Shown piece after piece: positions 1 to 11,620 of a DNA stretch of 32,754 bases. Where the stretch lies: the NCBI GenBank assembly GCA_013115125.1, contig JABANN010000398.1, positions 1-32,754 on the forward strand, read 5' to 3'. Numbering within the stretch: the stretch's first letter is position 1; every line of letters begins with the position of its first letter. Origin of the DNA: Perkinsus olseni. Taxonomy: Eukaryota. Both the position numbers and the translations under genes were made by a program. The notes beneath the pieces are model-generated. The model was not told the origin of the DNA. It searched no databases and saw only the letters and a list, made by a program, of their open reading frames with translations.

Positions 1-209
1 GGTGATCCTAATCACATCAAACCACAGCTAGAGGTTTCCCCCACAAGAAATCGTTCCGCATTTCTCTACGATAGAATTGTGGTATTACCCTGGGCCATGG
101 CCCATATCCCTACCTGCATATTGAAGCTTTCCTCCACCTTCGTGTAAGGGGCGAGTAGTACCAACCCTACCAATACTACTGTCGTGTAGATGTCTATGAT
201 ACGATCCAT
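1..209 (-). CDS. ALG12: Dol-P-Man:Man7GlcNAc2-PP-Dol alpha-1,6-mannosyltransferase, 5' end only (gene continues off the window)
   Basis: Manual minus-strand translation of 209-114 gives MDRIIDIYTTVVLVGLVLLAPYTKVEESFNMQ followed by a GTAGGG donor. PYTKVEESFNxQ is the characteristic ALG12 N-terminal motif. Confidence 0.85.
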
Positions 210-556
210 TGAGACATAGACATAGACATAGAAAACTCAACTCACGGCTCAGTCTTACACTCATCGTTCGCTGTTTGGGGCGCGCGCGTAATTTTATGGC
301 GCGTGAGGTCAGTTAATTCGTGATCAATCGGTGAAGTCTATCGGATTCTGTGGGTCACAAGGCGATGGGAAATTGAACGGGTGAAGGGTACACAGCGGCT
401 CTGCTAGGAAAGTCGAGCGAAGAATTGGAATACGATGGTTAGAGATGGTGTGTTAAGGCTGTGAGGAAGGTGGCCGGCCAAGATGGACCATTCTGTATCT
501 TGCACGCGTAACCTGAAGATACCCCATCTGTCGTAGATTTAATCAACCCATTTGTA

Positions 557-1373
557 ATGGTATCTCCACAAGTGAGAAGTCTCGGCGACTATGACCCGAG
601 TAACCCCGTCGGGCCGTTCAACCACATCCCCGCAGCTGACCAGAGGGGCTCCCCGCTGCTGCTAGAGAAACAGGTAGGGAGGCAACAGTGATGGTGATGA
701 CGACAACGGGTGCTGACTGATGATAGGCGGCCATCTTCAACGACCCATCCACGCTCATCATCATCACTCGTAATAAGAATGATAACACGGTGGCCTACAG
801 AGTAAAATACGATGATAACGGCAAGCGTGACCAGGTACTAAGGGGATTGGGTCGGGAGGGTAGCGTCACGCGCCTCGAAATTAAAGTGTGTTTCAGCACG
901 AACCCGTCCATGGTTTTTGGGTGAGATTCAGCGACCATCCCGAAGTATCCGATCCTGAGAAGCTTCATAAAGAGCTTGGATTTTTCGAGAGTAAATTAGC
1001 GTACGGGTGCTATTCAAAAAGGATTGACAAGGCCGATGAAGCCCTGCGCAGCACCGGAGAGAATCATCTTGGCACAGATGACGAGTAATAAAGGTGTGAG
1101 TATACCTTTTCTGAAGGCAGTCTCTTCAGCACGTTCCTGCTCACCCTACATGCGGTGAAGTCCCTACCCTTGACTGTGATTAAGGGGACAGATGGTAAGT
1201 ATCGAGCGACGGCCTTCAAGCGTGGCAAGCAGCTGGCTATCTATCGTATATATGTCTATGCTCAAGAGCATAAGTGGAATCCTATCCCTACTGTTAAGTA
1301 TGTTAACATACACGGCATCGACCCCGATACTGGTGAGGAGGTCATAGAACAGATGGACCCCTCTATGATATGA
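557..1373 (+). CDS. DUF4833-like protein, 4 exons (557-673, 727-834, 897-1084, 1130-1373)
   Basis: GT-AG splicing gives one frame: ...IIITRNKNDNTVAYRVKYDDNGKRDQHEPVHGFWVRF...ELGFFESKLAYG...IYVYAQEHKWNPIPTVKYVNIHGIDPDTGEEVIEQM. This matches my recollection of the DUF4833 pattern (RxKNxNTVxY, PVxxxW, ExKLAYG, PTVKYxxxxGxD). Confidence 0.75.
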
Positions 1374-1667
1374 TCCAATAATATTACCTCTTAAACTGTA
1401 TCATGTCAAAATGCGCAGCCGAGAGATTCTCTTCATCCAGCACCACTGCCCTAGGTTGGAGTCCGATGGCATCATCGTCATTCTTACACCCTCCTATGCG
1501 TTGTTTTAGCGGTGACCACGGTGACGTCACGTCGGCATTCCTGAGGATCCTATGCTCCTACTACCACAACAACCAGTTAAGCATCAGCGTTTTTGTGTAT
1601 GTTTGCCATCCCTTCTGCTGTTGCGTTTTATGAGAGGTGTGGTATGAGCAGCAGTCAGTCATTTCAA

Positions 1668-2236
1668 ATGTTACGGTACGTTAGACCGGAGAGTATCCGC
1701 CTTCTAGCGAGACCAGGGTGGAGAATCTTTGGCGTTCCCGCACTGCGAAGATTTTCTGCTTCCACAGAGAGCCAGACTGCCTCAATGAACGTCTCGAAGG
1801 CCCAACAGCAGGCCGAGGAATCTCAAATGGAGGTAGTAACGATAATGGGAAGGGGCGCCGAGCGTGGACGTCAGGTTTTGTTTCCTGTTGACTCGGACTA
1901 TAGGGCTGTGGCACGACATGAGGCTGCCAAAGGTTCGAAGAAAGATTTAACGGGCGTTGGGGATTCACGTTGGCCAGTTACTAAGGAAGATCCGATCTCC
2001 TCGAGTGACTCGAGTACGGATGATGATAGTGATATCGACGAGGCCGATCAGGCGTCCTATTACAAGAGCGATGAGGGGGCTCCACTATGGGGGGCATTGG
2101 AAGGGGAATGTGGATTCAAGTAGTAGGGTCAGGTGGCCTGTTGAACTGGGTATCCTCGATTCCGTGCAGGTATGAAGGGCCAGAGCCGACGAGACATGGC
2201 GATTGGCAGTACAAAGGACGATGCACTGATTTCTAA
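1668..2236 (+). CDS. SDHAF4: Succinate dehydrogenase assembly factor 4 (Sdh8/DUF1674), mitochondrial
   Basis: The ORF 1593-2123 splices (intron 2120-2169) to a last exon giving ...ECGFKYEGPEPTRHGDWQYKGRCTDF*, the SDHAF4 C-terminal motif. The Arg/Ser-rich N-terminus (MLRYVRPESIRLLARPGWR...RRFSAS) resembles a mitochondrial presequence. The start could alternatively be 1645. Confidence 0.85.
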
Positions 2237-2569
2237 GAGTCATGTTTTGTTAGTGAGAGGCGTCGAGTTTTTGAGGTACGAGATTGGAGGCTGGTTACTT
2301 CCTGTTCGATCTTGTGATCTAGTCCATGTCAAGAAGAGATTTTAACATGCTTCTCGGCTTCAAGCAATATGCTTTACGTACGGTTCACGACAAGTCAACA
2401 CAAGCGTTGTAGGAGACTCGGGATTAACGATAGTGGGACAATAACATACCTACTTATTCACGATAATGATGTGATAATGACATTCCTACTTATTAACGAT
2501 GATGATGATTTGATACTTCCTCCGACGCAACGCGTGAAAATATGCGCAAGTCCGGACCATAAGCGCTGA

Positions 2570-3630
2570 TCATTTCTCTCCGGTGACGGGGAAGACCCAA
2601 GAGTCTGAGGTTGGGCTGACGCTCTGATCTGAAACAAGATGGAGAATATGAGCGAATCGTCTGACCTCATATCATCGCACCGGGATCAGGCGCCTGACAC
2701 ACTGAGGACTCTCGATGATCTCCTTCCACTGAGGGTGGGGGCGTGGCAGAGACGGAGCCGGTGAAGGGTCCTAAAGCGGTGAGCATGGAGCATCGCACAA
2801 GTAAGCAAATGACCGGGAGAAGTAATCAATCATACCCAGGCATCCTGGCTGGTTGGATCCTGGGACAAGATTGCAGCAGCCTGTGGAAGCGGTAGTTTCA
2901 TACATGGCCTAACTAAATTTATGTTCTCCGCCCTCTTACTCTCGTTCTTAATAACCTCCTCTGTGAACCCAACTTCCAGCTTGAGGATAAGTATAATACG
3001 GCCATCGAATCGCACGGTCTCCTCACCGAAACAATCGAACAGACCAGCCATGCTTGCCTCCCTAATCTTCCGAGAGTTCCCAGCTTTATCATAGCAGACG
3101 AGATGAATCCCATCCCCAGTGAGCTCTGGCCATACCCTGATGATATCTTTGCGTACTGTGTGAAGGGAGAAGTCGATCGTATCATGAGAAGAACTCACGA
3201 AGCATTCTCCATTAAACGAGACTTGGTAGCGGTATCGCGTGGACTGTACCAAAGCCTCCTGGGAGCCTGTCAGCTGCGCAGCCCTTCCTGGCATATTCGG
3301 CTCAGTTCCTGCGGAACAGCGGCTTGGACTCGTATCGCTTAGTCCGGGTACGATGAAGATGTCCAGTAAGTGATAAGTTAGTCCGAGAGGTCCTTGGAAC
3401 TCCCGACCAGCGAAGGCAAACAGGGGATGGGTATCCGTGAACTTCGTAATATTGCACGACCTCTCCGCCCCATCATAGCATACCAGAGAGAAGTTGATAT
3501 TTTTGAGTGCCGGCCAAGTTTTTTCGACATGATAAGCCAGTACGTCGAAGGTGGGCACGTATGTTCGATAAACGATGGTGAACTCTCCTCCGTAGACCAC
3601 TCGGTAACCATAGCGAGGTGCTAGGGCCAT
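2570..3630 (-). CDS. Hypothetical protein with two tandem PB1/ubiquitin-like (beta-grasp) repeats
   Basis: Long exon 3630 to about 2836 with an internal repeat (YRVVYGGEF...TFDVLAYHVEKTWPAL..FSLVCYD versus YQVSFNGEC...SLHTVRKDIIRVWPEL..IHLVCYD). Probable short 3' exons end SDSWVFPVTGEK* at 2570; the same ending is conserved in the paralog at 4089. Confidence 0.65.
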
Positions 3631-3989
3631 GATACTCAACAATCAAGAGGATGGCTTCAACTTCTTCCCCTCTTAGTCTGCCTCTTAGCCTCTTAGTACG
3701 CTATCACTCCGGCGAAACACGGTTTATTGCTCACGTTCACTCGACAGCAGAGCACAGTGAAGAGAGCCAAAGTACTGGGATGCTGTGTCAGATTTTTCGA
3801 TTTTCGGATTCAATTTTAGCGTTTTCGACTAATTGGAAATTTTCTCCCCTCTCAACGCCGCCGCACGTATATCCAGTAGTGGAGTGATTCTCTAGTGTAC
3901 TCCACAGCTCCGTGCAGATTGCCTTCCCCTTTCAGTACTGTTGCAGATGGCCCAGTCTATTAGATCTGACACTCGACCTACTAATTGGC

Positions 3990-4019
<30 letters not shown>
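3990..4019 (+). repeat. (GAT)10 microsatellite
   Basis: Perfect GAT run; the homologous site near 2498-2509 has only 4 units. Confidence 0.9.
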
Positions 4020-4020
<1 letters not shown>

Positions 4021-4088
4021 TAATACTTCCTACGGTGGAGCGCGTAAAAATATGCAAATATTTCATAACTCTCGGAAACGGTGGATTA

Positions 4089-4381
4089 TCACTTCTCTCC
4101 TGTGGCGGGGACGACCCACGAGTCTGAACCTGGGCCAACGATGTGCTCTGAAGCAAGATGAAAAACTAGAGATCTCACTTAGCTTATGTCACACAAACAC
4201 CGGAGCACATCGACGATGTGACATAAGTTATGTCATCTTACCAGCATCAGAGGATCCGCGCACTGAGGGTTCAAGCCCTCTTGGCATGCTCCAAGACTTG
4301 GTTAGTGTCGGGGAGGTATGACCCAGCATAACGTATGGTGAACTCTGAGCCATATTCCAGTCGATAACCATAGTAGACCAT
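4089..4381 (-). pseudogene. Internally deleted tandem paralog of the PB1-like gene
   Basis: MVYYGYRLEYGSEFTIRYAGSYLPDTNQVLEHAKRA* (4381-4271) is joined directly to sequence homologous to the 3' part of the first copy (3960-4270 resembles about 2450-2740), ending SDSWVVPATGEK*. Confidence 0.6.
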
Positions 4382-4388
4382 TCAATTG

Positions 4389-4435
4389 GAGTGTCTCATT
4401 ATTCCAATGGTCACCATTGGAATAATGAGACACTC
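4389..4435. repeat. Perfect inverted repeat, 23-bp arms with a 1-nt spacer
   Basis: GAGTGTCTCATTATTCCAATGGT-C-ACCATTGGAATAATGAGACACTC. Confidence 0.95.
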
Positions 4436-4686
4436 ACTGTCCCAAGTTGGGAATCCCAACCAAGCTCCCTCAGTCAAACCAGCCCCGCGCGACCATTTTA
4501 CAGAGGTTAACTAGACTCTCAGATGTTACGGCCCTCGGCGATTTATGCCGCCGCCCAGGGGCCAAAAGTTCCACATGACAAACTGTGTGAGGCAACTTCC
4601 CGTTCTCAGCCACACCAACTTTGCTAGCGCTAACAGAACGCTCGTTAATACATGACAGAAACCTCGGCAATTAGAGAAGGTGGATT

Positions 4687-6792
4687 TCACATCATCAAGA
4701 TGACTTCCTCCGGTTTCTTGGGGTACGGGCGAAAAAGGTCATTCATGCCTTTCTGGATGACTATGATGAAATGAACAGACGATGTCTCCATCTCAGCCGA
4801 GTACTCTCCCTCGAACACCCCAACATCCCGACCTTGGAGTATGTCCCGGACGCTGAACCTAATACGAACGTCCGGAGTTCGAACTCTTACAGTTTTGTGG
4901 CTTTTCAGAGTCGGTGAAGTCCGTGCCATTCTCGCTAACAATTCCGTGGCCGGTGTTGCTCGAAAAGAGGGGCAAAGACTCAATCAACAGCTATTCACCA
5001 CGCATGTTTGCTCTGTTCCTCAGACCCCCACGTCAACTGCCTGCGCTCGTCGAGATGAATGCTCACCGGGTGGCTCGATCATCCCAACCCGGTATATGTT
5101 GGGCTGGACGTAGCACCACGGCTTTTAGGCCGAAAATAGCATTCGAATTCTGCAGCAGAACCGCCCAGGTATCCCCCGAAGTGACGCTGCTGGTGAGTTC
5201 TCTGATCCATATCCTAATTCCGTTCTCTGACCATGCCACGTGGGCCTGAGGTCAACAGCAAAGATGAAGCCAACGCTGTCGATGGTTTCATGATTCGACG
5301 CATTAAACCCGAGTCGCGGAATAATAAAAAGACGAATATCTCATCTTCCCACACCTGTTTGCCGAGAGGATCTTGATTGACCGCGATGATCTCCCTATTC
5401 TGGACGATCTCTCTCGCCCAGGGGGGCATAGCTCGGAGGTCTGCTGTCATGTACCTACAGCGATGAAGATACCAATACCTTGAGGGCATCGATTACAGCC
5501 ATAACGACGCGTGACGCCTATCTTACAGAGGAGCGGCAAAAATGGCCCACAGGGAGAACTGTGACTGCTGCTCGGACAGGCTCAGACCGTTGTTGCCGAC
5601 CAGTACCCTGAGAGTAGGGCCAGAGTAATGACGGAGGGTAGGAACAGCATGGAGCAATGCATTGGAGGGGTCCGGCAACTCACATGTCGGGGTCGTTCCA
5701 GTGGCCTGGGCCAGCTGCTCGGACCTGAATGTAATACACAGCGAGCGTCCTACCGCTGCAGTAGACCGATCACCAGAATGTCGGTTGAAGTGTTCCGAGC
5801 CCAAAAGTTGGTGATACTCTCGACTGATGCCCAACTATCCTCGATGTCACCGTAGTTACGCCACAGGTTGCAAGCCGGAGCGATTTCTTTCGCGAGAACG
5901 TCGCCGCCCTCAGCATGGTCTGATAGGTACGCCGGCCAACTAGAAAAGACGTTGCATCAGACCCTGATAGTTGAAAACACACGCCAGAACTCAGACTTCA
6001 AGAACTTCCGGAACCAAAATGGGGATCTGACACGCGGATGGGGTTCCTGGATTCACCTGCACGAGTAGAGTATTGGTCTGGTCGTTGCGTTGAGGATCCT
6101 CCCGAGCTCAGGATAGGATCTTCCGAAAACCTGCCAACTTAGTCACTATGGTATAGAGACTTGTACCCCTCTCCCCCCTCACAGTCGTGTCGGCGTAGCA
6201 TCCATCAACCTTGAGGGAGTCGATCCCCCACTCAGCGAAGGTTTTGATGTCCTGTTCGAAGTGCCCCTCCAGGCCTGGATATCCACCGCATGTATACGTA
6301 CCGATATCCTGAAGGGACCGTGCTACACCGACTGGGCCGACTGCGAGTGTTCTACCGCGTAAAGTCCCAACTTGAGCCCTCGACCGTGCATGTAGTCTGC
6401 CAGCCATTTAATGCCGTGGGGGAATCGTTGTGGATCGGGGAGGATCTCGCCGGTCTTCGAGTCTCTCTCCTTCGTTGACCAGCAATCGTCGATATTAACG
6501 TATTCATAGCCGACATCTCTGAACAGCATCTTCACCATGGTAACACTGGGAGTCTGTCCTACTTGTATCCATCACGGATGAGTACATCAGCCATATCGGT
6601 GTATAACCTCTCGCTGATACAGGTATCGGGATGAGCCACACAGTCAGTCTCACAACCGAACCTCTCCCACGACAACCATCCCATGGGAGGTGTCAACGCC
6701 AGACCATTATCGAGCCCATACACAGAATAGGGCAGCCCGGAGAGGATGACGGATGATACCAGAGTCAGAATGAGGCGACGCGTAGAGAACAT
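4687..6792 (-). CDS. NAGA: GH27 alpha-N-acetylgalactosaminidase / alpha-galactosidase, copy 1 (multi-exon, signal peptide, apparently intact)
   Basis: Spliced exons give [58 protein letters not shown] (nucleophile), [20 protein letters not shown] (acid/base), [20 protein letters not shown] and a C-terminal FSVRDIL beta domain. Confidence 0.92.
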
Positions 6793-7224
6793 GAGCAAAA
6801 AAGAGTCCAAACTGAATTATTGGTTCACCTCTAACGAACCGCTCCCCGAGGACTAGACCGTCGTTCTGTTATGCCCAAACAGCAACCTAGGATTCGCTAG
6901 CCGTCGTCGAGGCCGATGAAAGCCTTTTGAAGGACTGCTAGTAATCGCCATCACTGGCGCCCCGACGAACCGCTCGTGACAAGCGTGGCAACTCTGAGTG
7001 AAGATGTCGAGGTTTTGAGCACTGCGTGAACATACAGCTCGGGATCTAACTCATTCCTATCCTTAGATCGCCCCTTCTGGAGCAGATTGCCGAGGTTCGA
7101 TGACACTGAGGAGAGCTGAGGACTCGATCGGTATCAGGGTAACAACAAATGAGCTCTCAGACGAGACTTCAGCACTCCGCTCCGATTACTCGGTAGACAC
7201 CAGACAGATGCTGTCCCGTACCGA

Positions 7225-7690
7225 TCAGTCGTACTCCCGAATTTCTTCTACCTTTTCCTGGTACATGTTGTTGACATGAATAGTTACCACGTCGAAAGGG
7301 GGCACGTATGTTCGATAAACGATGGTGAACTCCGACCCGTAGACGACTTGGTAACCATAGCGAACTGCTAGGGCCATGATACTCAACAACGGAGAAACTG
7401 CCTTCAACCTCTTCTACTCTTAGTGTGCCAGTAGTATTTCTCCATCAGTCCGATAAAGTACGATGTATTGCTCACACTCACTCGGCAACCATGCACAACG
7501 GAGAGAGGGAAGTTCTGAGCTGCTGTTTGAAATTTCCCAACTTCCATTTTTAAGCGTTATCGACTTCGTGAGAACCCCCTACTTTCTGGACGTCGCCGCA
7601 CGTGTGTCCAGGAGTGCTTTCCTAATGTTCTTTCTAGTTTCATGTAGATTGTCTTTCCCTTCGGCCAGTATTGTCACAGATGATCCGCTG
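7225..7690 (-). pseudogene. Truncated third copy of the PB1-like gene with its upstream region
   Basis: MALAVRYGYQVVYGSEFTIVYRTYVPPFDV is nearly identical to the start of the 3630 gene. About 7290-7690 aligns with about 3540-3955; homology stops after about 35 codons. Confidence 0.7.
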
Positions 7691-8878
7691 TAAGTAACAC
7701 GAAATCAATGTGAGAATTGAACCCAGTGAATTGAAGCAGACGAACGGAACACGTGTACCTGTACGGCCGAAACGTTGTTGATTAGTGTAGCTGTCGTCAC
7801 ATCAATACTGTTAGATGCAACACCCGAGAATAGAGGTTTAACTCAATGGCCTTCCGGGAGATGACGAAGTGTACAGAGAAACTCTCGGAAAGACTAACAT
7901 ATCTGCCAGGACTTTGTTCCGCGCGCACAACCTAACAAGTGTCGCCGATCCACCCTGTTGGGATGCTCTCGTACGTAGCCCTTCCATCGTCCACAGGTGG
8001 TAGCGCTGATACGGCCTCTGAGCATCGATCATTGCTGGCTGCTGTCGCAGGTGGTATCTGATGGGGTTCTGAGAAGAGTCGAAGTATTTGCTGCTGCCAT
8101 CAGGGAAACAACGGCGACGAGGCGGCAACACCAGTAAGTTCAAGGTTATAAGATGGATGCTGTCGCCTGACATCCATTCGCTGTCCAGAATTTCGACTAT
8201 CTTTCGTCAGCACCAGCAGGCCTCCCGTGGTTCTACTGAGCGATATCACGGCCTAGGTGTCGGCCCCTCAATACCCCCCATCACCACGGCTCCTCAAGCT
8301 TCATAGGCACGCTAGAGGCTCTCAAGAGCTAAACAGAATCCACTTGAGTCTTACTAGTGCCCTCGTCATTGGAAAGCACGGGAATAGTTGACCGCTTTCC
8401 CTTCTACTTCTATTGGAATCTGAGTGAGCCGCCCGCTCAGCGCTTCGTCTAGTAACGAGAACCGCTAATAATGCTTCCGATGTATATCGTTGGTTACGGC
8501 GACGCAGTTTCGCCCGAGTGTTCTTCTCAACTCCGCAGCTGAGCTACCAGCTGCTTCCGCTGGGGTAGAGTGGGCCAACCAGTTTCACGAGTACACATGG
8601 CGAATCAATGGACAATATTCGTCCACATTGGTCTTCAACCAGAGGCCAGTCGTCACACTGCTCAGACAACGCAAGAATGGCATCTCGAATCGAGCTGTCG
8701 ACTAGGCGTCGTCAATGGAACCCCGTAAAACAAGTAATCTGCGAGGGCAATTTTTCTATGACCGGTGATACGCGTTCGAAAGTTATTGTGAACTACGCGG
8801 CGGTCCTCGTGTGGATCGGAGAGAACTGTTCGGCCAACGAGTATGGAGAGATCGCGGAGTTTGGGAGGTGTGGACAAG

Positions 8879-11620
8879 CTAGTCCGCAGTCGGTCGCCAT
8901 GACCTCAACTGTCTCGGACGGTGGCACTCGGCAATTGAGTGGAACAAGCAACACCGAACGATGGTGATGATGAGAGCAGCGGCGGCGTCAAGTGATGAGG
9001 ACCTGTTACAGATTGGTGGGCTGCTGCGCTGACATAACGTAGTTCAACCCATGTAAGGGTCCCGTCACCTTAATTGTCTCCCTTCAACACGAGAGTGGCA
9101 CGGAGAAAAACTGGTTCGTGTGCGGCTGATTTGCGGAAGCAACGTGGATGCCCGCAAAGGAAAAGGCGAAAGCCACCATCAGGCTTAAGCACGACAGCAA
9201 AACAGACTAGAGGCAACAATGCCAAAACACTGCCTGGACCAGTCAGGAGTCCCAATGGGCTCGGACATATGGTAGGGCGTTTAGAAGACCGCCCCCATCA
9301 TCATGGGCTTCGTAGCGGATCGCAACAAACTCGATGATAGCTGAGTCGATTTGAATGATAGGCCGTGAATGCAGCCAATGTGGAATATGTATACCATCAC
9401 ACAAGTTGTGTTGAAGAGGTGCCACTACAGAGTTGAGGACGACCTAAAACTGGTCGTCATGATTGGATAGTCGTCTAAGCGACATCCTTAGAAATCTTGA
9501 TGAAGTGCACCGAGGACGTATCGACCTCAGCGGAGTACTCCTCTTTGAATCGCCCGACGTCTCGTTTGTCGAGTATATCCCTCACACTGAACCTGACGAA
9601 GAGAGCTCATCTCTCAGAGTTGTGAAAACATGCTGTATATTTAGACCGATCCCTCCGAGGAGAGAATCTCCCGAATCACGAAATGCCCGGACACTGTCGA
9701 GCATTCTCTTTGGAGTCTCGCTGCGTTAACTGGATAGCTGCCCGCTGTTGGCGATGATTAGCATTCCCCTATACCCCATCAGCAACCCCACTATGGGGTC
9801 CGCGGATAAGATAAACATGTATGGTACCGCACAGGGGACGTACATTCTCCGGTGGTGCGGCATCCGGGAGAAGCAGAGATAAGTTCTGCCTCGGCTGAAG
9901 ATGTGCCCACCTGGTTTCTGCCTCCCATCCCGGTATATGTTGAGCTGGGCGCAGTACTACGGCTCTTGGGAGGAAAATAGAATTCGTATTTTGCAGCAGA
10001 ACCGCCCAGGTATCCCCCGAAGTGCGGGTGCCGGTAAGTTCCTTTATCCATATCCTCAATCCATTCTCCGACCATGCTACGTAGCCCTGAGGTCAAAAGC
10101 AAAGGTGAAGCCATCACTGGCGATAGTTGCATCCGTCGCTGGGAAAAGCGAAGTTGCGGGAATACTGGATGATGAGGGCATCTCATTTTCCACACCTGTT
10201 TTCCGAGAGGATCTTGATTGACCGCGATGATCTCCCTATTCTGGACGATCTCTCTCGCCCATGGAGGCATCGCTCGGAGGTCTGCTGTCATGTAACTACA
10301 GCGATGAAGATGCCAATACATTGAGGACATCGATTACAGCCACAACAACGCTGATACGACACCTATCTTACAGAGGGGCGGCTAGGATGGCCCACAGGGA
10401 GAACTGTGACTGCTGCTCGGACAGGCTCAGACCGTTATTGCCGACCAGGATCCTGAAGGGAAGGCGAGGCTTATGGCGAAGGCTCTGGTAGGAGCAGCAC
10501 GAGCGATACATTTAAGGGGGACGGCAACTCACATATCGGGGTCGTTCCAGTGGCCTGGACCAGCTGCTCTGACCTGAATGTAATACACAGGGGATGTTCT
10601 ACTGCTGCAGGGGGACCGGTATAATAGAGGAACTCACCAGAACGTTGGTTGGACTGTTCCGAGCCCAGAAGTTGGTGATACTCAGAACTACTGCCCAACT
10701 GTCGTAGATGTCGCCGTAGTTACGCCAGAGGTTGCACGCCGGGGCAATCTCCTTCACGAGAACGTCATTCTTCTCAGCATGGTCTGATAGGTATGCCGGC
10801 CAACTACAGAAGAATTTGCATCAAACCCCAAAATCTTGGCTCCAGGATCTAGCAGATGGGAGAACCCCATTGGGGTTCCTGGATTCACCTGCACGAGTAG
10901 AGTATCGGCCTATTCGTTGCGTTAAGGATCCTCCCGAGCTCAGGATATAACTTGCCGTAGGCCTGCCATCATGGTCACTATGGTATAGAGAGATGCAATC
11001 CCCACTCACATTGGCGTCGGCGTAGCATCCATCAACCTTCAAGGAGTCGATCCCCCACTCAGCGAAGGTTTTGATGTCCTGTTCGAAGTGCCCCTCCAGG
11101 CCTGGATATCCACCGCATGTATACGTACCGATATCCTGAAGGGACCGTGCTACACCGACTGGGCCGACTGCGAGTGTTCTACCGCGTAAAGTCCCAACTT
11201 GAGCCCTCGACCGTGCATGTAGTCTGCCAGCCATTTAATGCCGTGGGGGAATCGTTGTGGATCGGGAAGGATCTCGCCGGTCTTCTGATCTCTCCCCCTT
11301 GCTGACCAGCAATCGTCGATGTTAACGTATTCATAGCCGACATCTCTGAACAGCATCATCACCATGGTAACACTGGGAGTCTTCCCTACTTGTATCCATC
11401 ACGGATGAGTACATCAGCCATATCAGTGTATAACCTCTCGCTGATACAGGTATCGGGATGAGCCACACAATCAGTCTCACAGCCGAACCTCTCCCACGAC
11501 AACCACCCCATGGGAGGTGTCAACGCCAGACCATTATCGAGCCCACATACAGAGTAGTGCAGCCCGGAGAGGATGACGGATGATATCAGAGTACTGAGTT
11601 GGGACATTAGCGGCAATAGA
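8879..11620. repeat. Segmental duplication unit A (GH27 gene plus about 600 bp of downstream flank), paralogous to 13048-16030
   Basis: Shared blocks include CTAGTCCGCAGTCGGTC (8879/13048), CAAGCAACACCGAACGATGGTGATGATGAGAGCAGC (8945/13116), 9712-9935 versus 13848-14072, and near-identical GH27 5' exons and introns. Confidence 0.85.
9475..11607 (-). CDS. NAGA: GH27 alpha-N-acetylgalactosaminidase / alpha-galactosidase, copy 2 (apparently intact)
   Basis: Same exon structure and motifs as copy 1 ([49 protein letters not shown]). The last exon reads [38 protein letters not shown]. Confidence 0.9.

Noticed and set aside
91..104. 14-bp palindrome TGGGCCATGGCCCA
   Set aside because: Short, isolated and just inside an ALG12 intron; no associated breakpoint is visible.
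2570..2610. SDSWVFP as an Atg8-interacting (LIR) motif that would make the PB1-like protein a p62/NBR1 analog
   Set aside because: It does not fit W-x-x-[LIV], and no UBA or ZZ domain is visible.
10833..10845. ATCTTGGCTCCAG resembling part of the perkinsid/dinoflagellate spliced leader
   Set aside because: Short, imperfect, lacks the CCGTAGCC 5' part and lies antisense within a GH27 intron.
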